IMG/VR virus record: IMGVR_UViG_3300030372_005973
Span: 1 to 37,199 of that record
DNA: 37,199 nucleotides
Origin: a virus
Lineage: Duplodnaviria > Caudoviricetes
Reading direction: 5' to 3' (one strand)
Shown: in pieces, positions 36,108 to 37,199 of the stretch
Numbering within the stretch: the stretch's first letter is position 1
Layout of the letters: each line of letters begins with the position of its first letter
Program-made: the position numbers and the translations under genes
The notes under the pieces: generated by a model
The model's input: the letters and a program-made list of their open reading frames with translations, nothing else
What the model was told of the DNA's origin: nothing
The model's database searches: none

Positions 36108-36325
36108 ACTGCCTGATTGATTTTTTCCTGAATTTTCTTTTCTCTCTTTTCAATAATACCATTGACTGCAGCATCAATACTTTCAATGTCATTTTCACCA
36201 TTGAACCATCGCTGAACTGTGTTTCTGTGATACTCAGTTATTTCGCAAATTGTTTCAATATCTCCCCACTTCAATTTTTTTCGGAGGTCAGTACGTTGCT
36301 GTTTTTTACTTGGTTTATTTTGCAT
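36104..36325 (-). CDS. Ner/Cro-like HTH regulator
   Basis: 73 aa, ICEITEYHRNTVQRWF HTH; divergent from repressor. Confidence 0.75.
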   Translation of the reverse strand: MQNKPSKKQQRTDLRKKLKWGDIETICEITEYHRNTVQRWFNGENDIESIDAAVNGIIEKREKKIQEKINQAV

Positions 36326-36366
36326 AACTTTGGTTTGTTATGGCAAATATAGCGACATAATTCGCT
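36325..36366. promoter_or_regulatory. Lysis/lysogeny switch: face-to-face promoters and operator
   Basis: TAACTTTG (+, 36325-36332), TATATTTG (-, 36344-36351), palindrome AGCGA-N6-TCGCT (36351-36366). Confidence 0.7.
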
Positions 36367-36380
36367 TTTAAAAAATAAAA

Positions 36381-37199
36381 ATGCAAGAAATTTCGCTTTT
36401 TAAGAAAAATATCCTTGAATTCATTGAATTTAAAGGGATTCGCAAAAGCGAGTTTTATCGAATGACAGGTATAACTCGTAGTGTTTTGGACAAAAATTCA
36501 GGTCTTACAGAGGATAATGTGGCGAAATTTATCGCAACCTTTCCAGAGGTAAATTTGGAATGGTTTGTTACTGGAAAGGGTAAAATGTTGAAGGAAAATT
36601 CCGAAGAAAATGTTAAACAGGAAAAATACTTAGGCGTACAGGAAAAACCCTTTTTTTATGAAAAACAAAAAGGAAATTTGCCTTCTGTAATAACTGTAGA
36701 TTCTCAAGGCGAAGAAAATATTTTAATGGTACCGGTGGCGGCCAGAGCCGGATATTTATCTGGTTATGGTGATGCTGATTATCTGGCGACCCTTCCAACT
36801 TACAGAATGCCAAAATTACAAAATGGAACATTTCGAATGTTTGAAGTTGCAGGTCATAGTATGTACCCAACTATTCACCAAGGTTCAATTGCAATTGGTG
36901 AGTGGGTAGAAAACTGGAAAGACATCAAGGACAATCAAATTTATATTGTCGTTACTGCTGAAGATGGTATTGTTATTAAAAGAGTAATGAACCGGATCGA
37001 AAAATATAATAACCTATATCTTAAAAGCGACAATAGAAAGGAATATCCTAGCTACACAATTGACCCAAATTCTATTTTGGAGGTATGGCACCTCAAAACT
37101 GCATTAATTTTTGAATTTCAGGATCCAGCTGATCTATATGATCGGGTTAATGATCTTGAGGTGGAATTTCACATGCTTCAAGGACTTTTAAAGCGGTAA
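36381..37199 (+). CDS. CI-like repressor with S24 peptidase domain
   Basis: N-terminal HTH (VNLEWFVTGKG), ARAG cleavage-like site, GHSMYP (Ser), VIKR (Lys). Confidence 0.9.
   Translation: MQEISLFKKNILEFIEFKGIRKSEFYRMTGITRSVLDKNSGLTEDNVAKFIATFPEVNLEWFVTGKGKMLKENSEENVKQEKYLGVQEKPFFYEKQKGNLPSVITVDSQGEENILMVPVAARAGYLSGYGDADYLATLPTYRMPKLQNGTFRMFEVAGHSMYPTIHQGSIAIGEWVENWKDIKDNQIYIVVTAEDGIVIKRVMNRIEKYNNLYLKSDNRKEYPSYTIDPNSILEVWHLKTALIFEFQDPADLYDRVNDLEVEFHMLQGLLKR

Larger units (their letters stand above)
1..37199. mobile_element. Mu-like transposable prophage (myovirus), ends not included
   Basis: Repressor/Ner/DDE transposase/MuB-like ATPase early block, DUF935-type portal, MuF, gp36, sheath, tube, tape measure and baseplate genes; window starts and ends at stop codons. 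Confidence 0.93.

Noticed and set aside
1-37199. Mu-type terminal TG...CA ends, transposase binding sites or CRISPR arrays
   Set aside because: The window is cut at the stop codons of the terminal genes; no regularly spaced repeats were seen

Overview
The whole window is the body of a Mu-like (transposable) myovirus prophage. The host is probably Bacteroidota/Flavobacteriaceae, judged from TAnnTTTG promoters, A-rich leaders and gene content. From the right end: S24 CI-like repressor (+); then a leftward early operon (Ner/Cro-like HTH, MuA-like DDE transposase, MuB-like ATPase, second ATPase, DUF3164, GemA-like, many small accessory ORFs, a membrane-anchored GDSL esterase and a 59-aa Mor/C-like regulator missed by the ORF track). 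Two divergent late operons follow: terminases, gp36, a portal-MuF-PBECR nuclease fusion and neck genes on +; ClpP protease/scaffold, capsid, lysis, contractile tail, baseplate, SGNH tail spike and holin-like genes on -. The Mu mom-equivalent position holds a thymidylate-synthase-fold gene plus a Dam-like methyltransferase. Best leads: (i) the TS-fold enzyme has Asp at the E. coli Asn177 position, which predicts dCMP rather than dUMP specificity, and it abuts a promoter-driven hairpin/pseudoknot RNA overlapping its start codon; (ii) the portal-MuF-nuclease fusion has no immunity ORF but is followed by a convergent, promoter-driven structured RNA (candidate RNA antitoxin) and has an A10 slippage site in its linker; (iii) a -1 frameshift with stimulatory hairpin in the tail chaperone; (iv) a tRNA-like element and a repeated start-associated motif in the early operon. 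Family assignments are from motif recognition and synteny, not database searches. The Mu ends lie outside the window.
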